DNA of 63,622 bases, counting the filler, from Platydemus manokwari (Eukaryota), in assembly GCA_037951405.1 (NCBI GenBank). It is 6 parts of 6 records of this genome, joined end to end, with 100 filler letters (N's around TTAATTAATTAA, not from the genome) between each part and the next. Parts side by side here need not be neighbours in the genome. Positions count along the whole stretch, not along the records: positions 24,365 to 33,497 come from JBBMOY011294984.1; positions 33,598 to 44,334 come from JBBMOY011109442.1; 4 more parts are not named here. The stretch is one strand, 5' to 3'. Below the pieces are notes generated by a model, which did not search any database, was not told the DNA's origin, and saw only the letters and a list, made by a program, of their open reading frames with translations. Made by a program: the position numbers and the translations under genes. Position 1 is the first letter of the stretch. Each line of letters starts with the position of its first letter. Shown here piece after piece: positions 27,186 through 40,700 of the stretch.

Positions 27186-29518
27186 GTTGTTTCTAATAAT
27201 GGCAAAAAATGTATTTTGAGATCGAGTACTAACTCTCCAGCACTGGTCAATTAAAGCAACAATTTTCTAACAAGACTATTGGGCAATGTTGCAAAACGAA
27301 TGTGAAAGCTTCAAATGAAAAAATCTCGAATAAGAATATCATAAACAACGATATTAAGAATTTAATTTAAAAGTCGACGTGCGGACTTGTGTCACCGCAT
27401 CGTGAAGACTGTTATGTTTAAGTATAAAAAATCTTAGTTGTTAACAGGCAACTCTTTTATTTCATCATTATTAAAAATACACATGAAAATTATTAATATG
27501 AAAGGTTTCTGTAAATCACTTTGAACGTAAAAAATGTGTAATGAGTTATTCACTATTATTCAATTTTAAACATGAAGATAATATTGGGTAGTTGAGACTT
27601 TTAAAGTTTTAAAAGATTAACGAGATAATTTAAACAGTCAACAATAGCCACATTAATAAATGCAATTAATTGATTTAGATTGATAATTAGATTAAAATTC
27701 TTACAGAGCTCCAATAATAACTGGATATGTTTAGGAAAATCAGTGCTAGCTTGATAGTAAAAAATTGATTAGTTTTTGTTTTACTAACTGTTCGTTTCAT
27801 GTGATTATTGATTTAGCGAAATGAGACATTATTGGGTCAAGACATGGGCATAAATAAATTTAAATTATATATTATTAAATTATAATCAATTTTCAATATT
27901 TCGAACAGGGTTATTATCATATCGTATACTCATAAAAAATATTAACCGAGCTTATTAAAAAAACAATAATAACTGCTAAGCAGGCCAGACAAAAATACGA
28001 TTTAAATAAATAAAATTATCAGAATAGAAAAAGAAAATGACTTTACAAATCATAAGGAAAAAATTGAATATTCATAATCAACATAAAAAATGGTATACGG
28101 CAGAAGGTAAATTCAGAAAATCGTTCACAAAAAGAAATTATTTTCATACTGACAGAAAGAACTTAAAAAAGCCAGGAAAGAATCATTAAGAAAGATCAAT
28201 ATTTTAAGACATAAAACATACATTGATAAAGTAAATATAAAATTATTTGTTTGAGAAACGTTGCTGAATGTTTATTTTAAAATCAATACATATTTTTAAA
28301 AATATACCAAAGACACAGAGATTCGTTATCTGAACAATGGTCAAATTTCTAAAGTGTTTGCTTATCATAATATTGAATTTTTTGTGCTGTAACAAAGTGT
28401 TTAAATTTTTTAAAGGAGTAATATAATTATCAATCGTAGTTCTGTAAAATATTATTGTGTAATTCTTCTATTGTGGAATTTTATTTTGATATTCGTAATT
28501 ATGAAATTAAATAGAAACATAGTATTACTCATATTACACAACAATGTTGGATTGACATTGTGATTCAACCATCAGTGAAGAACTCATATTAGTTATAAAC
28601 TTTAAAGACAACCACAACATAACGGATTATTAAAATTTAATAGAAAATATTTCAAATCTAAATTCAAACCAATTCAGTATCTTTGATCCACCTCAAACTA
28701 TTAGTTGGATTGCCACCATTTGTTTTTTTCAAATAATCAGCATTTTTAATTACCTAATATTTTTTTTCCATTAATATTTCTAGTAACATTTAGCCATTAT
28801 TGTTAAACCATTTTTAAAATAACTTCATAAGATTAAACAAAACAATTTACAGGTACATCGAAAGTACTTTAGTAAATAGATGGTTAACTTTAATTAATTA
28901 ATTCGATTGCCTCACTGTTCCTGAGTCTCTATTTTTAATAATTTAATGTTAAAATTTTAATAAAATCAAAGATTCAGACATGACTAATTTTGAAAATTTA
29001 CAAACTGACTAAGGATTTATATATTTTCTCAACATATATTAATATATTTTCTTATTATTTTTTCTTTTCTAGGTAATAGAAATTTAATAAAAAATTCACT
29101 ATGTTAAACATAATTTTTCACGAGATGATTGATAAAACCTATCGTAAAATTTAAATTTATTAAACAGCAAAAAAATTTAAAAGAAACAGTTGTGTTTTGC
29201 ATTAACCTGTGAAAAACTAAGTGCTTATTAGAATTGTAGAAATCTATCTTCTATTTTCAATGTAATTTAAACATTAATTTTTATATCTTTAAAGTTATCA
29301 ACCACGATTTGAAACTGTTACTAAATTTATCAACATTTTTAATTTGAGTTTAAAAATAAATTTAAATAAAAATAATGTCTTTATGTAGCTAACAAAGTGT
29401 TGTTTTAATAAACCAGATATTTCTTTCATTTGATTTTGCTAATATATAATCTTAATTGTTATCCAGGTATATTTTAATAAATTAAAGTTAATACTGTATA
29501 CATTTTTATAGGTAAGTT

Positions 29519-32500
29519 ATGAACGAGTTTCATGGACAAATTACTGTCTTAAAACAAAATGTAGCTATCGGTAAACCGATAAAATGGTGTACTGAAAGCT
29601 TAATCATAGGAAGGTAAAACCATTAACTTAAGAAACAGTTACAAATCTTAGTTTAGCGATGAATCTTGTGATGGATGTATCTATTCTGATTTAATTGATA
29701 AGAAGCATTGTGCCATAAGACTACAAGATATTGACGACAAAGCATATTTAATACATATTGGGAAATCAAGTTTTAAAACTATGTTAGAAGGAGTTGAAAT
29801 TACTAAACCATCTGCACTAAATCACAACTCAGTATTTACAGTTGGGAAAATATCATTTTTATTCGAATATCATCCAACATCTAAGTGGTTTTATAATAAA
29901 GTAATTTTTTTATATAAAAGATAAATTGTTAAAAAGCATGATTTGGAAATAAAATGAAATTAGAGTTATTAATTTAAGGATCTAAAACTTTTTTTTATCT
30001 ATTTAAAATTTCATGGAACATTTCATATTTTAGAAGAAAAGTTCTCCCATGAAATGTAAGATATCATCTGAAAATGATAAATCAATGCAAATATACAATT
30101 CAACTCCAAAGCACAATACTTATTCCATTCATTGCCACAGAACCAATAGTCCAAAAGTATCCCCTATTGCTTATACCAAAACGAAAATTATGACGATTAC
30201 ACCTGTGAAACGTCTCAACGTGCGACCGTTTTTAAGTCCTTTACAAAATAAATTGGTAAGAAAAAGTAATCGAAAAAGTAAATCCCATTTACAATCAATG
30301 AATATCGGTGATAAGCGCCGCCATGTTTCTTTTGGTCCAAATTTAAGTCCAGAACAATTTGATAAAGAATTACCACCTATTCAACCACTAAAGAAAGGTG
30401 CTACTCCAATGAAGATCAATTCTATACCAAGTGATTCCACTGCAATTGAAATTCACAGCATTAATCAAATGGTAACTCGTAGATCAAGCCGAAAACATTT
30501 CAGTATTGCTAGTTTGTCATCAAATTCTTCTGACAATAATGAAAGAAACTTGTTTGATAAATCTGATATATCGTCTTTTGCCCTATCGAATGTTGATATT
30601 GATGCTGCGGATGATGTCGATGATGCCGATGCCGCTGATTCAGACAGTTTTATTTATGCATCATTGAAGCAATCGCGAAAGTCTTCGTGTAATGAATCGC
30701 CAATCAAATATTACCAACAAGGAAATAAACGAAGAAGGTTGAGTCGCAATTCAAAGGATTTGTATGAGTACTCGCCCGAGAATGAATCTTCAATCAAAAT
30801 TGATTCAAGCAATGGCCATCTCAAATCTATCTCTTATCGGACAAGGGCGTCCCTGAAAGATGAGAATTTATTAAAATCTTCCAGAAATAGTAATGTTGTT
30901 GATAAATCGATGAGATCTGTTAGAAATGATGGATCGAATGTTGATGAATCTGTGGAATGGAATAATATTAGACAATTGGATAATTTACAAAATGATAAAA
31001 TGTCAAAAATCATAACGATTCAAAAATCATTCAAGGTTGTTCATGTCGATAATGATAGCAATAAATCACCAATAGTAACCAGAACTTCAAATAGATCAAG
31101 TTTTAATAATATTGAATTCCATCAATCATTGACAAACAAACATGATAATGGAAATGATGAGCAGTCTCAATTGTTTGAATCAGTGGATAGCACAGATCAA
31201 TCAGTTTATTCTGACAAAAACAACACAAAATCAATACTCAGTGATAGAAAATCCGATTATTTCGATGAGATGCAGAATTTATTTGAAGATGTTGAAAATG
31301 ATATTCAAGCCAATTTAAGTTTGGAAAATACAAAGGATAAGCAGGAAACCGATATCAGCAATCAACACAACCAGCAATATCAGCAACAACCAGATGTGAG
31401 CATGATTAAAACACCAATTATTAGCAAATCATTTGTTGAACATGAACAATTAACAATGAAAAGATCAAAATCTCAACCCAATATTAAAAGGAGAACATCA
31501 ATATTTATCAAAACAGATTCACCAATAAAAGGATATTCTTGTAACAATATTAATAATGAAACATTTTCATTTGATGCCAAACAAAATGGAAATATATTAG
31601 AGAATATCTCCATGGATACAGTGGAACAACAGTCCAATCAAATCATTGATAATCATTATCAACCAATTGCTATTACAGATGATGCTCATTCAAACATTGA
31701 TCAATCATGTCAATCATTTGTAATTGATGAAAGCATAAAATCAATGGAAAACTCAAATATTGATTTATTAAATCCGAAATCATTGAGAAATATTGATAAT
31801 TATGAACATCAACAATCAATGAAATCGATTCGAATATCATCTAAACTGGATATTACTAAACAATCAATAGGAGATATTCAATCAGAAGATGATGAATTGG
31901 TTAGAAATAAGGATGATTCTATTGATTTATGTAAATCTTTCAATGTCAATGATAATGATAAATCATTGGTAACATGTGATGTATTAGATGAAAATATATC
32001 AAATGGAAATATAGGTGATGAAGATATAAATGTTGATAATATGAATGAATCATTATCAATCAATACATTAAAACAAATAAGAAATGATTCTATTATCATT
32101 AATGATAACCAGGAAGAATTGAATTTCAATAAAACAGATTCTCTTTCAATGATTGAATCATCAAATATCAATGATAATAGACAATTGATAGAACCAATAC
32201 CTACAAGTGAAACGACAATACCAATACCTACAAGTGAATCGACAATACCAATACCTACAAGTGAATCGACAATACCAATGCCTACAAGTGAATCGACAAT
32301 ACCAATACCTACAAGTGAATCGACAATACCAATACCTACAAGTGAATCGACAATACCAACATTTACAGATGAATCGATAAGATCAATATCTCCAGAGGAA
32401 TCCATGATACCCATATCTACAGAGGTATCCATAATACCAACATTACATAAGAAAACATCTGTTAATAGTTCTGTTAGAACAAGAAAATCATCAAAATTAA

Positions 32501-33497
32501 ATGATAGTTTGATGATATCTACAACAAAGAGTGATGATAATATTGATATAGATAAAGAAGCGTTATCTGACATTTATACAAATGATATATCACAGACCAT
32601 CCATAAAACTAATCAATCAAATAGAAAAAGAAAATTGTCTACATTTTCCTATACAGACAGAAATGATATATTTGATGAAAGCAATATCAATATTAGTGGA
32701 TCTAATAATGAATCAATTGATATTATCAAGGACACTTCTGTTTCGACCCGTAAATCATCTCACTTAACAAATAGTAGGAGATCTATTCGAAAATCAAGTA
32801 TTAATGAGAGCAATATCAATATTAGTGGATCTAATAATGAATCAATTGATATTATCAAGAACACTTCTGTTTCAACCCGTAAATCATCTCATTTAACAAA
32901 TAGTAGGAGATCTATTCGAAAATCAAGTATTAATGAAAGCAATATCAGCAGCAATATGGAAGAAATACAACGGAATATCATTGAAAATATATCTATTCGT
33001 ACACGTAAATCATCACAATCAAATCATAATAAGTCATTGATAAGTGATATTATTAATGAAAATAATGAATTAATTGATTCTCCCAATACATCTGAAAATT
33101 CTGAAAATCATAACAAATTCATAAATCCTTCGAAATTATCAACAATATGTCAACAAATTAGAGAATCTGTGAATAATAATGATTTATCACAACAAAATCA
33201 ATCAATAATAGATTCATCAATAATACATGATAATAATCATTGTCAACAAATTCATGGAAATATCAATCAATCTGAACAAATCATTCCAGATATGATTATG
33301 GAATCAAATGATATCAATGAATCTTTATCAAATGATAATGGAAATATGAATGTTGAATGTTATATTGATAATGATAATAATAAATCATTGAATATTTCTA
33401 CACAATCATCGATATCATTGGATATTGTTACCAATATATCATATCATGATTCAAATCAATGTGGTTCATTAAAACAGCATGATGATGATGATGGTAA
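29519..33497 (+). CDS. MKI67: Ki-67/Repo-Man-like protein: N-terminal FHA domain, PP1-binding motif, long disordered repeat region; 3' truncated by the spacer
   Basis: Exons 29519-29613, 29657-29900, 30034 to >33497, in frame via GT-AG introns of 43 and 133 nt. The N-terminus GQITVLKQ..G..LIIGSDESCD..KKHCAI..AYL..EITKPSALNHNSVFTVGKISFLFEY follows the Ki-67 FHA pattern; KRRHVSFGPNLSPEQFDKELPPIQPLKKGATP (about 30313-30408) matches the Ki-67/CDCA2 PP1-binding motif. The symbol is by architecture; orthology is untested. Confidence 0.8.
32190..32370 (+). repeat. Coding 27-bp tandem repeat (PIPTSESTI, about 6 copies)
   Basis: ccaatacctacaagtgaatcgacaata repeated in frame within the Ki-67-like ORF. 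Confidence 0.95.
32677..32946 (+). repeat. Coding 129-bp (43-aa) tandem duplication
   Basis: ESNINISGSNNESIDIIK(D/N)TSVSTRKSSHLTNSRRSIRKSSIN at 32677 and 32806. Confidence 0.95.
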
Positions 33498-33597
33498 NNN
33501 NNNNNNNNNNNNNNNNNNNNNNNNNNNNNNNNNNNNNNNNNTTAATTAATTAANNNNNNNNNNNNNNNNNNNNNNNNNNNNNNNNNNNNNNNNNNNN
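33498..33597. other. Artificial contig-joining spacer
   Basis: Same structure; truncates the Ki-67-like ORF. Confidence 0.97.
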
Positions 33598-34141
33598 TGT
33601 ATTTGTTTAAATACTATATATTTGTACAATCTTTTGAATTAATAAATATTAATATTTACTAATCTTTATCACACATTCATTCAAAAGTTTATGATCGACT
33701 AAAATATTCTTTTACAACACCATAAAATTTTTCTTGTAAATCATAAATATTTTATGTATTTGAATTTCATTTCCTTAATTATTGATTTATCTCCCTTTTG
33801 TAATTCTTCTAGAGTATAATGATGTTGGCTATTTTAATGCAAGCTTCTTTAATTTCGGCGTGGTCGCCAGTAAAGAGATAACTCGTTTGAATCAATATTT
33901 TATACTAATTCAAAATTACAACGTTTGTTTTTTAATAATTAAACAAATCTTATGTTTCATCTAACTATAACAATCAATATTTATTCAGAAATCTAAAATC
34001 AATTCAAATGTCGATATCAGTTTGATGTACAGAAAATGATACTCAATTATAAAACAGAAATATCAAATCAATACAGTCTACTTCTAAAAAATAGATAACT
34101 TTTTCTAGAAAAATGAAATGTTTTATCGATTAAACACTGAA

Positions 34142-35078
34142 TTATTTTAAACGATATGATCCACCAGCATTGTTGTATAATCGACAATGGTTATCGGATT
34201 CCATTGAAAATGAAATACAATCTGAGTTGAGAAAACAAGTCTTGCCGCATTCCAGAGGAGAAAAATTCTCAATGATTTTCAGTGGAGTGATTTTTTTATA
34301 TTCAGGACGTGTTTCGCTAAAGGTAACTAAAACTTTAATGTACTTCAAAATAAAGATAATCAATATTTACAAATCAAAGGATTTGACTTCACATATCTAG
34401 TTTCGAATATCTCGATTCCACAAAACTTGATTGATACGGTTTCATCTGACTTGAATTTAACTATCGTTCTTGCAAGCTAAACATATTGATTATTAAATTT
34501 TTTTATAAATTTTGTGAAATATTTTACAATTCCAGTCAGACTTATGTTGGCTATCGTTTCTGGTGAATGTTCTAACCTAACCATGATAATAACCAATATT
34601 GAAGAATTCAGATGAATTCCTTAAAAATGTATTTTGAAATTGCAAACTAGCATAAATTGAGAATAAACTTGTTCAATTGGCTTAAGAAAATCGATGATAT
34701 TAGAAATATAAAATATAAATGGGCAAACTGCGGCAATCAGTTCTAGCATAAATTCGAATCATTGAAATATCAGAAATGGTTTCAAGTACCACAAGCCACC
34801 TTTTGTCGATATAATCTGTTGCGCTATGGTAACATGAATCTAGAAAACAGTTATTGCAAATGATCCATTGTTTGAAAATATCTAACTTGCTCCTAAATCG
34901 CCACTGTAATTACCATCTACAGCATTAAAATAAATTAAATGACAAAAACCGATATTTATTTAAAGTAAATGTAGGCTGATTCCTCGACAGATGTTTGCCT
35001 AGATGTAAAAAAATAATTTAAATCACCAATTTCAGCTGAATCTGTGAGACCAATCAGCCATAGTTTCAAAATGAGCAT
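34142..35078 (-). pseudogene. F-type lectin + PAN/Apple gene, copy 1 (pseudogene)
   Basis: Same 6-exon layout as 37265-38217, but a net -5 nt frameshift in exon 2 (TAA at 34925-34927), AGA>TGA at 34673-34675, DCC>DCR, KWW>KRW, and intron 1 shrunk to 28 nt. Confidence 0.85.
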
Positions 35079-37264
35079 CTCAAATTACAAAATAAATAAA
35101 ATTGATATATTAGTTTATACATATCGGATTTGTGAATTATTTTTCTGTAAGCCAATCACATTTATTAATTTATTATTTTATTAAATAGTCTAAATATTAA
35201 TAACGAATCAAATCATTTATTTGAATATTTCGTCTGAATACACACAATCAATAAATTTGATAAATCGATAATTAAAGTAAATAATGAAAAATATATTTAA
35301 GTGAATTTTAAATGTTTTATCATTACTGATATTTCTTATCAAAACAAAACAATTCAGATTATTGTAATACATGCTGTTATAGAGGATGAAACCACAAGCA
35401 CTTATATGAGGTGTTATTTGGTGATTGACTATCAAAATTAAAATCGAAATGATATTTGAAGACATTTAAATATTCGAATATTTAAAAATTTCAAAAATAT
35501 TTTATAAATAAAAATAATAATAATCTATTTATAATAGTAAGTAGTTTATTTATTAACTAATAATAAAATATGAAACGAGTGTTTTGTATGGTGACCCCAT
35601 CTCACCAGATTTACTTATTTATTATTATTATTCATTGATGTGACCACAGTTCGTTTTGCATTCCTTTAGTTTTGATTTTTAATGTCAGAACCTATCATAT
35701 CTATTTTTTAAACATAAAATTACAATGTTTCATACACATCATTATTTTACTATATTTTTAACACAGACGTGATTTTATTTTTACCTTCATATTTGTTTGT
35801 TTTTTCTGGTGTCTTGAATGGACATGAAGGTAGGGTAAGCCTTCATTCACTGATGGTATCAACTATTAATACGCACGCAATTCTGTCCTATTTATATATA
35901 ATTCATAATACTATCGGCATGTAACATCATCAGTGAATATCTTTATCTTGTTTTTTAATTCCTCGAGTCAAAATATTAAACGGTCCCTAGGAAATCCGGC
36001 TATTTAAAATAGTAAAAGGCCACTTACCAAAAAAGTCATTTTTATTGCATATTGAATATTTGAGAATAGACAATCGATTATAGCTTGGTTTGTATCATCG
36101 TTCAATGTGAATACATGGTGGTTGTTTTAATGTATTGGAAAGAAAATTTGGGAAGCCAGGATTATATTAATTTCATTTCATTTCATGTAAGAATCACGAT
36201 TGTAGAAATTTGCTTAAAATACAAGATGTAATTCTTGTTTATTGAATAGAATGTCTCAATCATGGAACAGTGATATGGGCGTGTGAATAGTAAGATTCAA
36301 TATTATAATTGTAAAAAATGAGTAAGATGTGATCTATAAAAATCAATCACATACTATTTTAACTCGTATTTTACTAAATTTATCATAATAATGATATCTA
36401 CTAATCTCCATCTCGGACATGAAAGTGTACCTTGCAACTAACCATATTTATTAAACATGTCATTCACATCAACCCATAATAAGATATTATATTTGTTTAA
36501 ACACACTCACACAGGCCGCTCATATTACTTGCGATTCGGTTGATACTGTTTATCATAACAATGGTCCTTAATTAATTAAATAATGTGATTGGCATTATTA
36601 ACAGCAATGTGAAGCTTTTTATTACTAAAACTAGTTAACTGGAAAGCACTTAGTCGAAATATTAATGATAAATAATTCTCCAATAAAGCTTCAGCAGAAC
36701 AATGAACGAACGTAGTCAGAACATAGAAAAATTGCTATTGTCATTCCGCTGTTCGAATTGGAACTCTCCAATTCTCCATGTAATTTTGATGATTATCAGG
36801 ATATTTCTGGAGACTTTGCTAGAAACTTTATGAGTTGAAACAGAATTAATATTTTATTTAAAATCATTTGAGAGTACAGCACAGAGTAAAGCAGATTAGA
36901 TAAGTACCCGTGGCATCATTCTCTATATCAACATTGATTAATAAATTATCTTATTGATTTGTTTTGATAAAAAATATCAGCAATGATAAATCATTTTAAA
37001 TTTACTTGATAATGTTTTTTCATTATTTACTTTAATTATCGATTTGTAAAATTTATTGATTGTGTGAATTCAATCGATATACTATCAAAGAATTGATTTG
37101 ATTCGTTATTAATATTTCAACTTACTCTTTTGTAAAAAGGCTATTCATTAAATATCAAATCAGAGCTGTGTTTCAATAAATGAATGTGATTGGCTTACAA
37201 AAGAATAATTTACAATCCCTGTGTATAAACTAATGTTTTGATTTGCTTTATTTTACAATTTGAG

Positions 37265-38217
37265 ATGCTCATTTTGAAACTATGGCTGATTGGTCTCACA
37301 GATTCGGCTGAAATAGGTGATTCAAATTGTGTTTTTAAATAGATTATTTTCTGCATTTAGGAAAACTTCTGTCAAGGAATCAGCCTACATTTGCTTTAAA
37401 TGTACATCCGGTCTCGGCCTTTACATCAATAACTTCAAATGCTGTTGATGGTAATTACAATGGCGATATTAAAGCTAGTTAGATATTTTAAAATATAGCA
37501 TTATGTGCAATCACTATTTTCTAGATTCATGTTACCATAGTGCTGAAGGTTATATCGACAAATGGTGGCTTGTCGTACTGAAAATCATTTCTGATATTTC
37601 AATCATTCGAATTTATGCTAGAACTGATTGCTGCAGTTTGTCCATTTATATTTCATATTTCTAATATCATCGATTTTCTTAAGCTAGTAGAATAGGTCGA
37701 TCAACATTTTATGCTAGTTTGGATTCTCAAAATAGATTTGTAATGAATTCATCTGAATTCTTCAATATTGGTTATTACCATGGTAACGAGAAATCACCAG
37801 ACAAGATAGTCAACATTAGTCTGACTGGAATTGTAAAATATCACACAAAATCGATAAAAAATCTAATAATCAATATGTTTAGGTTGCCAGAACGATAGTA
37901 ATATTCAAGTCAGCTGAAACAGAATCAATGAACTTGTGTGAAGTCGAGGTATTCGAAGCTAGATATGTGAAATCAAATCCTACGATTTGTAAATATTGAT
38001 TATATTTATTTTGATGTACTTGATAGTTTTAGTTATTTTTGGTGAAACTCGACCTGAATATAAAAAAATCACTCCAATTCAAATCATTGAGAATTTTTCT
38101 CATTTGGATTGTGGCAAGACTTGTTTTCTCAACTCGGATTGTATTTCATTTTCAATGGAATCCGATAACCATTGTCGCCTTTACAACAATGCTGGTGGAT
38201 CATATCGTTTGAAATAA
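37265..38217 (+). CDS. Secreted F-type lectin (fucolectin/FTP domain) with C-terminal PAN/Apple-like domain, 6 exons, about 239 aa (copy 2, intact)
   Basis: Exons 37265-37316, 37361-37477, 37525-37635, 37684-37832, 37883-37988, 38033-38217 (introns 44-50 nt, in frame). Short hydrophobic leader MLILKLWLIGLTDSA; NAVDGN; SCYH..KWWLV..IYARTDCCTSR (H..RxDx4R fucose-binding motif); MNLCEVEVF; CGKTCFLNSDCISF..HCRLY (PAN cysteine pattern). Confidence 0.88.
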
Positions 38218-38649
38218 TTCAGTGTTTAATCGATAAAAACATTTCATTTTCCTAGAAATTGCCATTGATTTAATTTGATGCCTATCACACTGATTTCATC
38301 GATATCTGAATTGATTGTATATTTCTTTACAAGTATTGATTGTTATAAACAAATTACTAACTAACAACGAATAATATTCTTCAAACCAAAATATTGCGTA
38401 AAACATAGAAAATAAATTAAATTTTACTAATTTTGGCCAATCAAAAAATCCTAATTTAAAGAAATTATTTTAATCAATGTTGTAAAAGCCCAATAAAAAT
38501 ATCGAAATATCACTGGATGTTATAAGTTATTTTTATCTTTATAATAAAGCAATATAATCAATCAATATTTATAATATAATTTAGTGATAATCGATTAATA
38601 ATTATTGATAAATATTGACAAAGATAGAAGGAGTGTGTAAAGTTTTTAT

Positions 38650-39012
38650 TTATGATAAATTATTAATTAAATCTTTTTGCCATAATACTGCTTCTATTGT
38701 ATCGAAATTTGCATCGGTATCTAGTATGAAATCCGTGCTATAATCAGGGAATGACAAGATCGGTGTTTCTGTCAGCACTTTTTTGATGTCTTCGAATGCG
38801 TTGCTGCATGCTTCATTCCAAATCAGTTTTTCATTATTTTTACCACACATTTCTTCCAAGCTCTTGATTTTTTTTGAGTATTCTTTTATAAATCTTCTGT
38901 AATATCCATAAAGTCTAAGGTTTTTTATACATTTTGGTCTTTCAAATTTTTCATCGAGAATGCCGTTTTTTCTTGTGATTTCCCCATAAACGAGATCTTT
39001 CTTGCACCGCAA
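38650..39012 (-). mobile_element. Ty3/Gypsy RT-RNase H fragment
   Basis: GYYRRFIKEYS..WNEACSNAFEDIKKVLTETPILSFPDYSTDFILDTDA. Confidence 0.9.
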
Positions 39013-39699
39013 GACATTTTTTTCGTTTTCTTGAATCTATCTTCATTGGTTATATCCCTACCAAATCTCGCTGTTTAGTTCTGTTTCTTTGTGATGAGGG
39101 TTCTTTTTCCATTGTAACTCTAATCTTAATTCCTCTTTGAACTCTATTCCGCCTAAATTCTTCGGTTTCATGTGCTCAACCATTATAAATTAATTCGTCT
39201 TGGGCTGACTTCCTAACTTGACTTTCATTCTTATTCAACCAAAAAGCTACTGTCGTTGGCACATCGTAAACCTTTAGCTTGAGCGACCTTCCTCCTGAAC
39301 TTTAGGGCCTCCATCCAATCCTAAACGAAGGATTTCTTTTGGCCAAACGCCTGCCTTAGTCTCTTCTCGTACCTCGGCTTCTGTAGTTTTAAATTGCTCT
39401 ACTTAGCCGTCGTCCAATAATGCTAATAGGAACACTCTTGAAGAAATTTCAAGACTATTTATTCTGCAAGGTCTAGAAGGCACGAAATTAAAATAGTCTT
39501 TAACTCTCGATCCTGAAATGTCCAACGATAGAAGAAGAGAGCTAACTGTTAATTTTGAGAAGTTAACTCCGACAAAGCTATAAACGCCATCATTAAGACA
39601 TATGCTCAGTAAGTTTTTCAAAGTGACCCAAGAAAAATCTTTCAGAAGGAGACTTCGTTCAAAAAGCCAAGTCGTGTAGAAAAGAGATTTTGGTGTAAA

Positions 39700-40700
39700 G
39701 GAATATCATTGAGCACTAGTTAAAGACATTAAATCTCCAAACAATGACAGACCAACAAGTTCAATGAAGGCTATTGCTTCTAAATTTTACAACGATTATA
39801 GAAGAAAACCCAAATCGCGTGTGTTTTTGCTGAGGTGACGCTGAACACTGGAAATTTAAATGTCCACTGTGGAATAAATGTTTGATATGCGGTAAAGGAC
39901 ATTCGTTCAGAGAATGTCATTTAGCCAGAAAGCCTAGTTACAATAGTCCGAGGAGAATATTGTGCATCCATGACAAAGAAGATGAAGCTGGTATTCAAAC
40001 CAAAAGTGAAGCAAGTGATTGTCTTTGCTCACTTTCCATGGAAGAAAAAAATTAGGATCAACCCCCTTTTTAGATACCATCAATTAAAAGAAGAGAAATT
40101 ACAGAATTTACTCATAGGTTTTGTGTCATGTAGGAACAGAGTAAGCTATATGACATATCAGAAATTATTTCCATATGAAAGATTTAGTAAAGGTAACGAG
40201 AGATGTGTGAATGTGAAGTGCGCGCAAATTTGAATGTTGAACAAGAGAAAAGAAAATTGTTATTATCAAGATCCTTTTGAAAGAATATATGTTGATATTT
40301 GTGGAATCTGGAAGAATGTGATGAAGGAAATAAATATATGGTAGGCAATATAGACAAATTTAGAGGATATCAATCACTTCCATCAATAAGTAAAAAGAAT
40401 GAAGAAACAATAGAAAAAGAATCAATGGGTTATAAAATATGATGTACCAAAAGAAATACATGTAGATTGTGATAAATGCTTTGAATCACAAAGAATCAAA
40501 GACATGACTATTTTTAGAATGGGAAAAAATATAATATTTTTCAGATTACAAATGACATTTCAACAGCAAAGTAGATATAGAAGAAATTAAAAGTAACATT
40601 GCAAGATTTATGATAAGCGACAATGTAATAATAAAGAAAAGAAGTATGGAGCAAAGGTCAAGAAAGATATCATGGATTATATGAAGTTTTAGGAAATAAC
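39700..40700 (+). mobile_element. Decayed Ty3/Gypsy gag zinc knuckles and integrase traces
   Basis: CFC*GDAEHWKFKCP and CLICGKGHSFRECH (about 39820-39920; similar to the 53660-53760 knuckles); HRFCV.GT..Y..C..C.KC, PFERIYVDIC and PKEIHVD integrase-like motifs with frameshifts. Confidence 0.75.

Noticed and set aside
32190-32370. 27-bp repeat array as a CRISPR-like locus
   Set aside because: No spacers, in frame inside a eukaryotic CDS, no cas genes.
31878-32573. 231-aa antisense ORF with VGIGIVDSL repeats
   Set aside because: Shadow of the repetitive Ki-67-like coding strand.
37996-38217. 73-77 aa ORFs (also 34142-34363 and 43532-43765) as a family of tiny secreted Cys-rich peptides
   Set aside because: They start at a TTG inside intron 5; the apparent signal peptide is intron sequence. 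They are the last exon of the lectin-PAN genes.
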